From Polyangiaceae bacterium (GTDB lineage: Bacteria; Myxococcota_A; Polyangia; Polyangiales; Polyangiaceae), in NCBI GenBank assembly GCA_044222475.1, contig JBGANF010000060.1, positions 1 to 43,180 on the forward strand: a DNA stretch of 43,180 bases, given 5' to 3'. Shown one piece after another: positions 8,433-18,077 of the stretch (its first letter is position 1; the number at the start of each line of letters is the position of its first letter). The notes beneath the pieces were generated by a model, which saw only the letters and a program-made list of their open reading frames with translations, made no database searches and was not told where the DNA came from. Made by a program: the position numbers and the translations under genes.

Positions 8433-10073
8433 ATGTCGGAGAAGGCCAGCAGAGTCGCCGGTCGCGACTTCGTGTTCGAGTCCACGCCCGCGGTGGCGGC
8501 GTCGCGCGCTCGGCCCCAGTACATCGACTGCTCGGTGTGCGGCTCCGACAACGGTGAGTATCTCTTCCATCGGGTCGGCGTCCGCTTCGTTCGCTGTCGG
8601 AGCTGCGGCCTCGTGTACGTCAGCCCGGTCGGAGCCCCCGCGCGAAACTACTTCGACCTCGCCACGTTTGGCCAGCACGACGCTCCCCGCGACCGCGCCA
8701 ACGCGATCCGCGACTTCACCGCCGTCCTCGAACGCGCCGGCGAGGACTACTCCAGGAAGATGGGGGCGCCGCCGAAGAAGACGCTGTGGATCGGGCGCTT
8801 CCTCCCCGAGCTGCTCGAGCAACCCGCGGCGCGCGCGATGGGGTTGGTCGCCGCCGTGGTGGACGACGCACGCTTCGAGGCCCTCGCCCGAGGTGCAGAC
8901 CTCGGGTGGATCGAGACCGAGATTCGCCGCCTCGCGCCCGACATGGTCGTGCTCGACGAGCTCCTCGAGTCCACGAGCCTTCCCGGCGCCATCGTGGAGC
9001 GCGTCGCCGCCGGGATCGGTCCGAAGACGTGGGTCGTCGTGAACTACGCGAACGCCCAGTCGATGCCGGCGCGGATTCTCCGCCGGTACTGGCCGAAGTT
9101 CTTCGACCACAAGCACTGCTTCCTCTCGACCAACAACCTCATCGAGCTGATGTCCCGGCATGGGATGTCGATTCGCGAGCAGTTCGCCTATCCGAGCGAA
9201 GTGACGCTGAGCTACGCGCTCGACCGTATCGCTCCGGAAGCTTCGCCGGCGTTGCGCACGCTGGCCGCGCCGGTCGGCAGCGTGCGACTTCCGGCTCGCA
9301 CCGGCAACCGGATCGCGATCTTCTCGGCCATCGAGCACCCGCGGGCCAAGCGCGAGAAGCTCTCGATCGTGTTCCCGTGCTTCAACGAGGCGCGCTACGT
9401 CGCATCGGTGATCGAGACCATCCTCGGGAAAGAGCTCCCGATCGAACGCGAGCTGATCATCGTCGAGAGCAACAGCACCGACGGCACACGGGACATCGTC
9501 CGCGGTTTCGAGAACAGGCCGGGCGTACGGGTCGTCTATGAAGACGAACCGAAGGGCAAAGGCCACGCGGTGCGCACCGGGCTGAAGGCGGTCTCCGGCA
9601 CGATCGTGCTCATCCAGGACGCCGACTTCGAATACGACATCGACGATTACGACGCGCTGCTCGCGCCGATCCTCCAGCACAAGACCGCGTTCGTCCTCGG
9701 CTCGCGAAGCCTCGGCCTCGACGACTGGAAAGTCCGCCGGTTCGACGGCACTCCCGCACGGCGCTTCCTCCTGAACATCGCTCAGGTGGGCTTCGCGAAG
9801 ACGTTCAACGTGCTCTACCAGCAGCGCGCGACCGACGTGAACACGATGTACAAGGTGTTCCGGAGCGAGTGCCTCGACGGCATCGAGCTCGAGAGCGATC
9901 GCTTCTCGCTCGACATCGAGCTCGTCTGCAAGCTCGTGAAGAACGGGTACAGCCCACTCGAAGTCCCCGTGAACTACGTGGCTCGAGGCTTCGAGGAAGG
10001 CAAGAAGATCAGCTTCGTTCGTGACGCGCTGCCTTCCTATGCCGCCTTCTTCAAGTATCGATTCGGAGACTGA
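8433..10073 (+). CDS. GT2 (DPM-synthase-like) glycosyltransferase with N-terminal Zn-ribbon/methyltransferase-like domain
   Basis: C-terminal LSIVFPCFNE, GKGHA, QDADFEY (DxD), VLGSR and EVPVNY..R..EEGKKI. N-terminal CSVC...CRSC. ATG 8433 chosen to avoid overlap with the divergent gene. Confidence 0.9.
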   Translation: MSEKASRVAGRDFVFESTPAVAASRARPQYIDCSVCGSDNGEYLFHRVGVRFVRCRSCGLVYVSPVGAPARNYFDLATFGQHDAPRDRANAIRDFTAVLERAGEDYSRKMGAPPKKTLWIGRFLPELLEQPAARAMGLVAAVVDDARFEALARGADLGWIETEIRRLAPDMVVLDELLESTSLPGAIVERVAAGIGPKTWVVVNYANAQSMPARILRRYWPKFFDHKHCFLSTNNLIELMSRHGMSIREQFAYPSEVTLSYALDRIAPEASPALRTLAAPVGSVRLPARTGNRIAIFSAIEHPRAKREKLSIVFPCFNEARYVASVIETILGKELPIERELIIVESNSTDGTRDIVRGFENRPGVRVVYEDEPKGKGHAVRTGLKAVSGTIVLIQDADFEYDIDDYDALLAPILQHKTAFVLGSRSLGLDDWKVRRFDGTPARRFLLNIAQVGFAKTFNVLYQQRATDVNTMYKVFRSECLDGIELESDRFSLDIELVCKLVKNGYSPLEVPVNYVARGFEEGKKISFVRDALPSYAAFFKYRFGD

Positions 10074-10074
10074 C

Positions 10075-10863
10075 ATGGAAGACTTCCACTGGGGCGCGGA
10101 ACAGGTCGACCCGAAAGAAAAGAGCTTGCCCGGCTTGAAGACGGCGTTCCTTCTCAAGCACGTTCCAGAGCGCGGTGCAGTCCTCGAGTTCGGCTCGGGT
10201 GACGGCAAGAATCTGCGGACGCTGCACGGCCACCGCCCGGAGCTCACGCTCGAAGGCTGCGACATCCGGCAGCCGCCCACCCCGCCCGACACGTACCGCT
10301 TCACCCTCCTCGAGGGTGAGACCCTCCCTCGCTCGCTGCACGGTAGGTTCGATGTCGTGTTGGTGATGGACGTGCTCGAGCACGTGCCCAACCCCGCGCG
10401 CACGCTCGACGAGGTCGCGGCGGCTCTGCGGCCAGGCGGCAAGTTGGTGGCGTTCGTTCCGGTCGAGGGGCAGCCCCTGTCCGCCTACCGAGCATACCGG
10501 AAGCTCTTGGGTGATGAGCTCTACGTCGAAACGAAAGAGCACATTCAGGCGTTCACGCACCGCGAGTTGCGCTCCCTCATCGAGCGCCGTTTCCGAATCG
10601 ATGCCACCGATTACGCCTACCACGCGCTAGGCCACGTGATGGACGCGACGTTCTTCGCCGCGCATCGCCTCCGGACGCTTCGACGCTTCTGGGCAACGGA
10701 GAATCAGTACTACAACGCAGGGAAAGCCGAGGCTGGCGGCAAAGTTGGCGCGTTCAATGCCGTGCTGCGCGCGGCCAACACCGTTGCGTGGGCAGAGTCC
10801 CGCATCCTTCGTTCAACGTCCGTGACCGCTGCGGGTCAGCTCGTCGCGGCAACGCTTCGCTAG
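10075..10863 (+). CDS. Class I SAM-dependent methyltransferase
   Basis: VLEFGSGDG, FDVVLVMDVLEHV and LRPGG. ATG lies 1 nt after the upstream stop. Confidence 0.9.
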   Translation: MEDFHWGAEQVDPKEKSLPGLKTAFLLKHVPERGAVLEFGSGDGKNLRTLHGHRPELTLEGCDIRQPPTPPDTYRFTLLEGETLPRSLHGRFDVVLVMDVLEHVPNPARTLDEVAAALRPGGKLVAFVPVEGQPLSAYRAYRKLLGDELYVETKEHIQAFTHRELRSLIERRFRIDATDYAYHALGHVMDATFFAAHRLRTLRRFWATENQYYNAGKAEAGGKVGAFNAVLRAANTVAWAESRILRSTSVTAAGQLVAATLR

Positions 10864-10872
10864 TCGAGGACC

Positions 10873-11835
10873 ATGGAGTACGCAGGAAAGAAGTTCATCG
10901 TCACCGGTGGCGCGGGTTTCATCGGAAGCACGATGGTCGACGAGCTCGCCGCGCGAGGCGCCAGCGTCACCATCGTCGACAACTTCTCGACCGGCTTTCG
11001 GGAGTTCGTCTGCAAGCACCCGAACGCCACGCTCGCCGAGGGAGACCTCCTCGACACGGCCTTCCTCGACCAGACGTTCCGCGGGCACGACTTCGTCTTT
11101 CACTTCGCCGCCAACGCCGACGTCAAAGACGGCCTGCTCCACCCGCGGAAGGACGTCGAGCAGAACACCCTCGCGACCCACAACGTGCTCGAGGCGATGC
11201 GCAAGAACGGCATCAAGGAGATCGCGTTTTCGTCGACCGGGTCCGCATACGGCGAGCAAGACGTGATCCCCACCCCCGAGGACGCACCCTTTCCGATTCA
11301 GACGTCGCTCTACGGCGCGTCGAAGGTCGCCTGCGAAGGGCTTCTAAGCGCGTACGCGTTCGGGTACGGCTTCCGCGTCTTCATCTACCGCTTCGTCTCG
11401 ATGCTGGGGCCCCGCTACACCCACGGGCACGTGATCGACTTCTACAAGAAGCTCCTCGCCGATCCGACCCGCCTCCAAGTGCTCGGCAACGGGCTGCAGA
11501 AGAAGAGCTACTTGCACGTGAGCGACTGCATCCGCGCGATGCTGACGATCGTCGAGCAATCCAAGATGCCGAACGACGTTCACGTCTACAACATCGGTCA
11601 CACCGATTGGCTCGAGGTGAACCAGAGCATCGCGATCATCTGTCGCGAGATGAAGGTGTCCCCCAAGCTCGAGTACACGGGTGGGGAGCGAGGGTGGGTC
11701 GGTGACTCGCCCAAGATCCTCCTCGACACGAAGCGCCTTCGCGGGCTCGGTTGGAAAGAGAGCTTCAGCGTCGAGGACGCGGTCAAAGACACGCTGAAAT
11801 TCTTGATCGCGAGCCCCTACGCGCTCCGCCGCTGA
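10873..11835 (+). CDS. NAD-dependent nucleotide-sugar epimerase/dehydratase (extended SDR)
   Basis: TGGAGFIG, FSST and the catalytic YGASK motif. GAGGA Shine-Dalgarno upstream. Confidence 0.95.
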   Translation: MEYAGKKFIVTGGAGFIGSTMVDELAARGASVTIVDNFSTGFREFVCKHPNATLAEGDLLDTAFLDQTFRGHDFVFHFAANADVKDGLLHPRKDVEQNTLATHNVLEAMRKNGIKEIAFSSTGSAYGEQDVIPTPEDAPFPIQTSLYGASKVACEGLLSAYAFGYGFRVFIYRFVSMLGPRYTHGHVIDFYKKLLADPTRLQVLGNGLQKKSYLHVSDCIRAMLTIVEQSKMPNDVHVYNIGHTDWLEVNQSIAIICREMKVSPKLEYTGGERGWVGDSPKILLDTKRLRGLGWKESFSVEDAVKDTLKFLIASPYALRR

Positions 11836-11853
11836 CGCCTCCGCGCGTCGGCG

Positions 11854-14022
11854 TCAGTGCAACGTCGCGACGACGAGCTCACCCGCGTTCGCCGGCCGAC
11901 GAGGCGGCCCCCCGCCCCACTGCGCAACGTACTTCTCCGTCCCGATGCGATGGTTGAGGACGCAGTCGATCATGTACACGTAGCCCTTCTTCCAGAGCGC
12001 AGTCGACAGCGCGGGCGGAAACGCCATCTGACGAACGACGTCGGTCTGAGGCACGAAGCTGAGGCGGTTCTTGGCGATCACCTGCGACGTGACGTTGAAC
12101 GTCGTGTCTCCTTCGGTCGGTCCGCCCGCTTCGATCCACATCTCGACCTTCGGCTCGACGCCCCCGGTCAATCGGACGCCCAGGAGCGTCGTGCCGCCGT
12201 CCCAGTGCGCCTCCATCGTGCGGTCGAGCGCGGCGACGATGCTCTCCCGCAGGCGCTCCGCTTCGACCGCATCGCCGCGCGCGATCGCGGCGTTGTGCAA
12301 GATGCGGGTCTGCCCGAGCGTCGTCGCCGGCGCAGACGGAGGGACCGCAGGTTGAATCCCGAGGTGATCGCGCCACTCCCACGTCAAGAACGGATCCGGG
12401 GTCTCGTCGATCGTCCGGACGACGTCGGTGGGGTTCGTGAAGTACCACTCGAAGATCCCGGGTTCGCGCTCGTGCAAGTCGTACGCATCGAGCGGTCCAG
12501 GTGCGTCGTCGCGCTCGGCGTAGAGAACGTCGCCGTAGATCCGAAGGTGCGGCAGCTTCGCGGCCTCGCGCAGCCCGGCCGCGCCCATGCCGCTCGCGCG
12601 GCCGACCCAGAAGCGATGGGTATCGTCCGGACCCGACCCGGGGTCCGCGTTCGCGCCTGCTGCCCACGGGTGCTCCCACCCCCACGTCGCGCTCCCGTGC
12701 GCGGCGACGCGCTCGCCCCATTGGACGCGCGGCCGGACGAGTCGTTCGAGGACGTACAAGAGATCGACGTGAGTCCGGATGAGCGATCCTTTGTCGTCGT
12801 AGCGGCCACCGGTCGCGCGCCAGAGGTGAAGAGATCGGATCGTGTCCGGAGCCACGAGGAGCGGAATCGCGAGCGCGAAGACGAGCGCGACCGCTGGCGC
12901 GATCTCCGCCCGCCGGCGCGCCACGAGCCCGACGACCCATTGAATCGTCGCCACTCCTTGAGCGAGCGCCAGTGCGTAGTAGAGGCCGAAGTAGTGCGGC
13001 CAGTAGATGTGGATGTCCGCCGCTTGACGAAAGACGACGTACTGGATCGCGGCCCCGAGCAGGACGGCGAGCGAGAAGAGCTCCTCGTCGCGACGCCGGA
13101 GAGCAAACCGCGCGGCGGCGACCCACGCAGCGCCCTTTCCGATCGCGATCGCGAACGGCGTGAAGCTGAAGTCGATCCACACCGTGCGCGACTCGAGGAC
13201 TTCCTTGAGGGGTGCGGTGTCGCGTGACCCGCGTTGGGTCGCCGATCCGAGCCAATCCGCGATCTTGTCCGCCCGTTGAAAGAGCGCGACGTAGAGCAGG
13301 AGCGTCCCCACTGCGATCGAGACGGTGAGCGCCCACAGGCGGTGGTAGCGCTCGGCGCGGAAACGGGGCGTCAACATCCGAGGAAGGACGAAGCCGCGCA
13401 GCAGCGCCCAGAAGAGCACCGGCCCGAGCATGATGAATCCGACCCAGTCGCCCGAGCCGGCGACGAACGCGCCGGCCATCGCCGCGAGAAGGTGACGCGT
13501 CTTGCCCGTCTCGAGATGGACGACCCATCCCCAGAAGAACAAGGTCGCTCCGAAGATCGTCATCACCTCGAGGTTGTGGAAGTCCGAGTAGCCCGCCACG
13601 ATCGGGAGGAAAACGAAGCCGAGGACCGCTGCCGCCGCAGGGACCGGGCCCCAGACACGCCGGGCGATCCCATGGAGGAGGATCGGAGTGAGGGCGCTCT
13701 GGAGCGCGGCAGGGAGGAAGACGACGAGGTCGCGATGACCGAAGATCCGCAATAGGCCCATGCTGAGCCAGTACATCCCGAACGGATGGTGGCAGTACGC
13801 AGCGACGGGGTACGGATCGCTCGTCGGATAGAACTCGAGCAGCGGGTAGATCGAGTGCCACCGAAGCGAGCTCTCCGCGATGAGCGTCGTCCCTGCGGCG
13901 CCGGCACCGATGTGGCCCCCGCCGGGGATCCGCGCCACGCCCCAAAACGCGACGAGTGCGAACCACACACAACCGAGCGCGGCTGCGGCGTTCGCCACCC
14001 GCTTCGCATCAATCCGGGTCAT
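11854..14022 (-). CDS. ArnT/PMT-like GT-C membrane glycosyltransferase with large soluble C-terminal domain
   Basis: 722 aa. YCHHPFG loop, GIARRVWG, multiple TM helices and HIYWPHY. Confidence 0.75.
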   Translation of the reverse strand: MTRIDAKRVANAAAALGCVWFALVAFWGVARIPGGGHIGAGAAGTTLIAESSLRWHSIYPLLEFYPTSDPYPVAAYCHHPFGMYWLSMGLLRIFGHRDLVVFLPAALQSALTPILLHGIARRVWGPVPAAAAVLGFVFLPIVAGYSDFHNLEVMTIFGATLFFWGWVVHLETGKTRHLLAAMAGAFVAGSGDWVGFIMLGPVLFWALLRGFVLPRMLTPRFRAERYHRLWALTVSIAVGTLLLYVALFQRADKIADWLGSATQRGSRDTAPLKEVLESRTVWIDFSFTPFAIAIGKGAAWVAAARFALRRRDEELFSLAVLLGAAIQYVVFRQAADIHIYWPHYFGLYYALALAQGVATIQWVVGLVARRRAEIAPAVALVFALAIPLLVAPDTIRSLHLWRATGGRYDDKGSLIRTHVDLLYVLERLVRPRVQWGERVAAHGSATWGWEHPWAAGANADPGSGPDDTHRFWVGRASGMGAAGLREAAKLPHLRIYGDVLYAERDDAPGPLDAYDLHEREPGIFEWYFTNPTDVVRTIDETPDPFLTWEWRDHLGIQPAVPPSAPATTLGQTRILHNAAIARGDAVEAERLRESIVAALDRTMEAHWDGGTTLLGVRLTGGVEPKVEMWIEAGGPTEGDTTFNVTSQVIAKNRLSFVPQTDVVRQMAFPPALSTALWKKGYVYMIDCVLNHRIGTEKYVAQWGGGPPRRPANAGELVVATLH

Positions 14023-14042
14023 TCGGCGCAGCGGACTGTACC

Positions 14043-16430
14043 ATGATATTCACGGGGCCAACGATGATGGGTTCGCGAGGACTACCGCGCCTACTGCGTT
14101 CGGCGTCCATCGCCTCGGCCGTCGTCCTCGCCGTCGCGTTACTCCTCCCGCGACTCGAGAAGGTGGCGCCGAAGGTCGGTGATTGGCTCGCGAAGCGCAC
14201 CGCGGACGAAGCCGATCTCGAGCTCGTCCAGAAGGCGACGCTTCCGTTCGCGACCTTCCTCTGCCTCGTGACCGCGGCCGTCGTCGGTGCGTTCCTCGGC
14301 GGCGTCGTCGCTCGGTTCGCGCGCGATCGCCGGGTCGCGATCGCGACCGCCGTCGCCCTGACGACGGCGGCGGTCATCGCGAGCGCGCACATCGAGGGCT
14401 GGCTCGGGAAGGCCGTGCTCGTGGCGCTTCCGGTCCTCGTCGGGGTCGTCGGCGGGCCCTCCGGTTGGAAGCGCGAAACCTCCATGACGTCTCAGTTCGT
14501 GCTCGGCGCGGAAGGCGGTGCGCTCGCGCTCGGCATGCTCTTTCCGTACAGCGAGCACCATGGCGGGCTCGTCGGCCTCGGGTGCGCGGTCGGCTTCGCG
14601 ATCGCGGCGGTCCTCGCGGGCCGACTCTCGATCGAAAAGCGACTCGACTTCGCCGCGCTCGCGCTGCCTCTGCTCGTCCTGCCGTTGAGCGGTCTCGCGC
14701 GGAATCCGACGTTGAAGCCGGCGCTCTACGCGGCTGCCCTCGTGTTCGCGCTCGCGGTCGCCGCGCGTCGCCAGCCGGATCTCTTGGCTCCGCTCCGCTC
14801 CTTCGTGGAGTCGCATGGGGCGTGGCTCGCCTTGTGCTCGATTTGCCTCCCACTCGTCCTGCCGTACGGATTCCGCGACATCGACAGCGCCGACTGGAAG
14901 GGACACGAGGCGCAGCACCTCGGTTGGATCAACAGCATCACGCACGGACGCTGGATGATGGCCGACGCCGGGTTCGTCTACGGTCCGTTGCGCGAATACA
15001 CGCTCGCCTTGGTGGCGCGCGCGTACGGCAGGATCGACCTCGCCCACGTGCGACTGGCCCACGTGACGATGAACGTCGTGGGTTTGGGCGCGCTGCTCTA
15101 CGCCACACGCCGCTTCGTCGGTGCGCGGCTCGGGCTTCTCGCGTTCACCGCCGCCTTGCTCGTCGTGCACTCGGCGCTGACGGCGTTCGTCGTCTACACG
15201 ACGACGTACTCGTTCGGGTGGGCCGATGCCACCCGGTCGGGAGCGGCGCTCGTCGCGCTTGCCCTCGCGTGCACCGCCCGAACCCGCCGCGCTCGGATCG
15301 TGGCCGGAGCCCTCGGTGGGCTCTCGGCGCTCTACAGCCACGACTTCGGCGTCTTCGCAATCGCGACCGGGGCCCTCGGCACGTTCGCGAGCGTCGCGCA
15401 CGTCCGCGGCGGGCGGTTCGTCGATCGCCTCGAGGCGGCTGCCGTCGAAACCGGAGTGTTCATGTTCGCCGCCGGTGGCGTCCTCGTTCTCTTCGCGATC
15501 CCGTACGTCGTGACCGGACGCGGACGCGCCCTCGTCGCCGGTTTTCGCTGGTCGGCCAGGGTCGCCCTCGGCACGCAAGCGTTCACTCAAGAGCCGTACC
15601 CGATCGACGGGACGATGATCGCGGAGCCGATGCGCCTCCTCGAGCCGATCGAGCCCGAAGGCCACCTCGGGGTGACGCGCCTCGACTACTTGGTGGTGCC
15701 GCTCATGCCGGCGCTGGGGTTGGTACACTCCGTCGGGGCGATCGCGTCCGGCACATTTCGGAGGCGAACGGTCAGCATCCTCGCGCTGTCGACGTTCGCG
15801 CTGCTCATCCAGCGTCACCTGCTCCTCTCCGCCGACGGTTGGCACAACGCGAACGCGGCCGGTCCGACGTGCGTGCTCGTCGTGCTCCTGGTGCGCGAGT
15901 CCGCCGGAGCTGCTTGGGCGATGGGCAGAACGGTCGTCCGCTGGGGCAGGTTCGCCGTCACCGCGGCGGTCCTATCGTGGGTGTTCAACGGGCAGCTCGC
16001 TCCGCTGGAAGAGCGCTTCCACCGACTCGCCTCCGGTGAAGAGCACCCGTCGTTCGGCCCGGAGTACCACTACGATCTTCCGCGCGCCGGCGACGTGAGG
16101 GTCGGCCCGGAGCACGTCGACCCTGCGCTTTGGGTTCGAAGGGAAACCCAACCGACCGACCCGGTCTTCGGGATGACGTGGCTCCTGGGCGGCGGAGTGG
16201 AGGCATTCCTCAGCGACCGGCGCAATCCGACCCCGTTCGACACGCCGCAAGAGTGCGTCTCCGAGCCGATGAAGCTCCAACTTCTCCACAATCTCGAGCG
16301 AGACCCTCCGGTGATCATCCTCGGGGACTTCTTCGATCAGTTCGGCCCCGAGGTCAGAGCCTACGTCGACGCGCACTGGGATCGGGCGGCCGTGCCGTTC
16401 GCGGTCGTGGTGCGAAGACGAAAGCCCTGA
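14043..16430 (+). CDS. Large polytopic membrane protein, probable GT-C glycosyltransferase
   Basis: Many TM helices. Loop DWKGHEAQH...G.....D....YGPL and C-terminal FLSDRRNPT...LERDPP. Start uncertain (14043 or 14064). Confidence 0.65.
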   Translation: MIFTGPTMMGSRGLPRLLRSASIASAVVLAVALLLPRLEKVAPKVGDWLAKRTADEADLELVQKATLPFATFLCLVTAAVVGAFLGGVVARFARDRRVAIATAVALTTAAVIASAHIEGWLGKAVLVALPVLVGVVGGPSGWKRETSMTSQFVLGAEGGALALGMLFPYSEHHGGLVGLGCAVGFAIAAVLAGRLSIEKRLDFAALALPLLVLPLSGLARNPTLKPALYAAALVFALAVAARRQPDLLAPLRSFVESHGAWLALCSICLPLVLPYGFRDIDSADWKGHEAQHLGWINSITHGRWMMADAGFVYGPLREYTLALVARAYGRIDLAHVRLAHVTMNVVGLGALLYATRRFVGARLGLLAFTAALLVVHSALTAFVVYTTTYSFGWADATRSGAALVALALACTARTRRARIVAGALGGLSALYSHDFGVFAIATGALGTFASVAHVRGGRFVDRLEAAAVETGVFMFAAGGVLVLFAIPYVVTGRGRALVAGFRWSARVALGTQAFTQEPYPIDGTMIAEPMRLLEPIEPEGHLGVTRLDYLVVPLMPALGLVHSVGAIASGTFRRRTVSILALSTFALLIQRHLLLSADGWHNANAAGPTCVLVVLLVRESAGAAWAMGRTVVRWGRFAVTAAVLSWVFNGQLAPLEERFHRLASGEEHPSFGPEYHYDLPRAGDVRVGPEHVDPALWVRRETQPTDPVFGMTWLLGGGVEAFLSDRRNPTPFDTPQECVSEPMKLQLLHNLERDPPVIILGDFFDQFGPEVRAYVDAHWDRAAVPFAVVVRRRKP

Positions 16431-16473
16431 GCGCCGACTCGACCTCGTGATCGCCGAGTAGTACCGTCGAAGG

Positions 16474-17424
16474 ATGCGCTCGTTCGTCGTCGGCGGAGCA
16501 GGATTCATCGGCAGCCACCTGGTCGACCGGTTGGCGGAGCGAGGCGAAGTCACCATCTACGACAACATGTCGGTGGGGAAAGAGGCGTTCGTCGCCGATC
16601 ACCTCGCGAGCGGCCGCGCCACCTTGGTGAAGGCCGATGCCCTCGACCTCGACGCGCTGACGAAGGCGATGGCCGGCCACGACGTGGTGTTTCACCTCGC
16701 TGCGAACCCGGAAGCTCGGTGGGGCCTCGAGCGCACTCGCCTCGATCTCGAGCAGGGCACCATCGCGACGTACAACGCGCTCGAAGCCGCGCGGCTCACC
16801 GGCGTGAAGCGGTTCGTCTTCTCGTCCAGCGGTACGGTGTACGGAAACGTGACTTCCGTGTGCTCCGAGATGGACCTCGGGCATCTGCCCATTTCGTTGT
16901 ATGGTGCAAGCAAATTCGCCGGCGAGGCGCTCATCGCGGCGTACGTCGAGTGCTTCGGCCTCCGCGGCACGATCCTCCGCTTCGGCAACGTGGTCGGTCC
17001 TCGCGGGACTCACGGTGCGATCCTCGACTTCTGCAAGAAGCTGAAGGCCCACCCCGAGTACCTCGACGTCCTCGGCGACGGACGCCAAGCGAAGCCGTAC
17101 CTCCACGTGACCGATTGCGTGGCCGGCGTGCTGTACGCGTTCGATCACGGCGCGGGCGAGCTCGCGATTCACAACCTCGCCCCGCCCGACATCACGAGCG
17201 TTCGCCGCATCGCGGAGCTGTGCATCGCGTGCTCGCCCTACCCCACCGCGCGCATCGAGTACGCCGGAGGCGAGAAGGGGTGGCCCGGAGACGTCCCGGT
17301 CTCCCGCATCGATCCGGGCAAGCTCGCGGCGCTCGGCTTCAAGGTTCGGTTCACGTCGGACCAAGCCGTCGAGCAAGCCGTGCGCGAGGTCGCTCGCGAA
17401 GTCTTCGGGGAGCGACCCGCTTGA
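16474..17424 (+). CDS. NAD-dependent nucleotide-sugar epimerase/dehydratase, paralog of 10873-11835
   Basis: GGAGFIG, FSSSG, YGASK and [14 protein letters not shown]. Confidence 0.95.
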   Translation: MRSFVVGGAGFIGSHLVDRLAERGEVTIYDNMSVGKEAFVADHLASGRATLVKADALDLDALTKAMAGHDVVFHLAANPEARWGLERTRLDLEQGTIATYNALEAARLTGVKRFVFSSSGTVYGNVTSVCSEMDLGHLPISLYGASKFAGEALIAAYVECFGLRGTILRFGNVVGPRGTHGAILDFCKKLKAHPEYLDVLGDGRQAKPYLHVTDCVAGVLYAFDHGAGELAIHNLAPPDITSVRRIAELCIACSPYPTARIEYAGGEKGWPGDVPVSRIDPGKLAALGFKVRFTSDQAVEQAVREVAREVFGERPA

Positions 17425-18050
17425 ATCCGTGGAAGAGCCTCTTCGAGCACTACCATCGGGTGAACCCGCAGACACGCAACGATCGCATCTCGAGCGCGCT
17501 GGCCAAGCACATCGGCCGTGCAACGTCCCTCCTCGACGTCGGCTGCGGCAACGGTGGCTTGACGCTCGAGGTCGCGAAGCGCGTCGGGGCGACGTCGCTG
17601 GTCGGAGTCGACGTGGTGCCGCGGCCCGAGAGCTTCATCGACGTGAAGTTCTACGACGGCACGAAGCTCCCCTTCGAAGATCGCTCGTTCGACGCGGTCA
17701 TCATCGCCGACGTCCTTCATCACTGCACGGACGCGGCGGCGACCCTCCGCGAGTGCGTTCGCGTCGCCAAGCGTGTCACCGCAGTGAAGGATCACTTCTC
17801 GTTCGGTCCAGTGAGCCACCAGGTGCTCTACTGGATGGACCGCTTCGGCAACGCCAAGGACTCGATCGAGGTGCGCGGGCACTACTTCACTCCGAGCGAA
17901 TGGGTGACCCTGTTCTCCGGCGCGGGCGCTCGCGTGACCGAGCTCAACTGGCCGATGCGAATGCACGACATGCCCTGGCGTCTCGTCGGATGGCCCGAGC
18001 TCCAATTCACGGCGAAGCTCGTCCCCGTCCCCGACGACCCGCGCACGTGA
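17421..18050 (+). CDS. Class I SAM-dependent methyltransferase
   Basis: LLDVGCGNG and [17 protein letters not shown]. Probable TTG start overlapping the upstream TGA (TTGA). Confidence 0.88.
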   Translation: MNPWKSLFEHYHRVNPQTRNDRISSALAKHIGRATSLLDVGCGNGGLTLEVAKRVGATSLVGVDVVPRPESFIDVKFYDGTKLPFEDRSFDAVIIADVLHHCTDAAATLRECVRVAKRVTAVKDHFSFGPVSHQVLYWMDRFGNAKDSIEVRGHYFTPSEWVTLFSGAGARVTELNWPMRMHDMPWRLVGWPELQFTAKLVPVPDDPRT

Positions 18051-18077
18051 TCTGAACTGTGGTACACCGGACTCCGC

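Noticed and set aside
11833..11856. Short inverted repeats at convergent gene junctions (also 30906-30919)
   Set aside because: Largely produced by the facing TGA/TCA stop codons plus GC-rich bases. The stems are short and have no U-tract.
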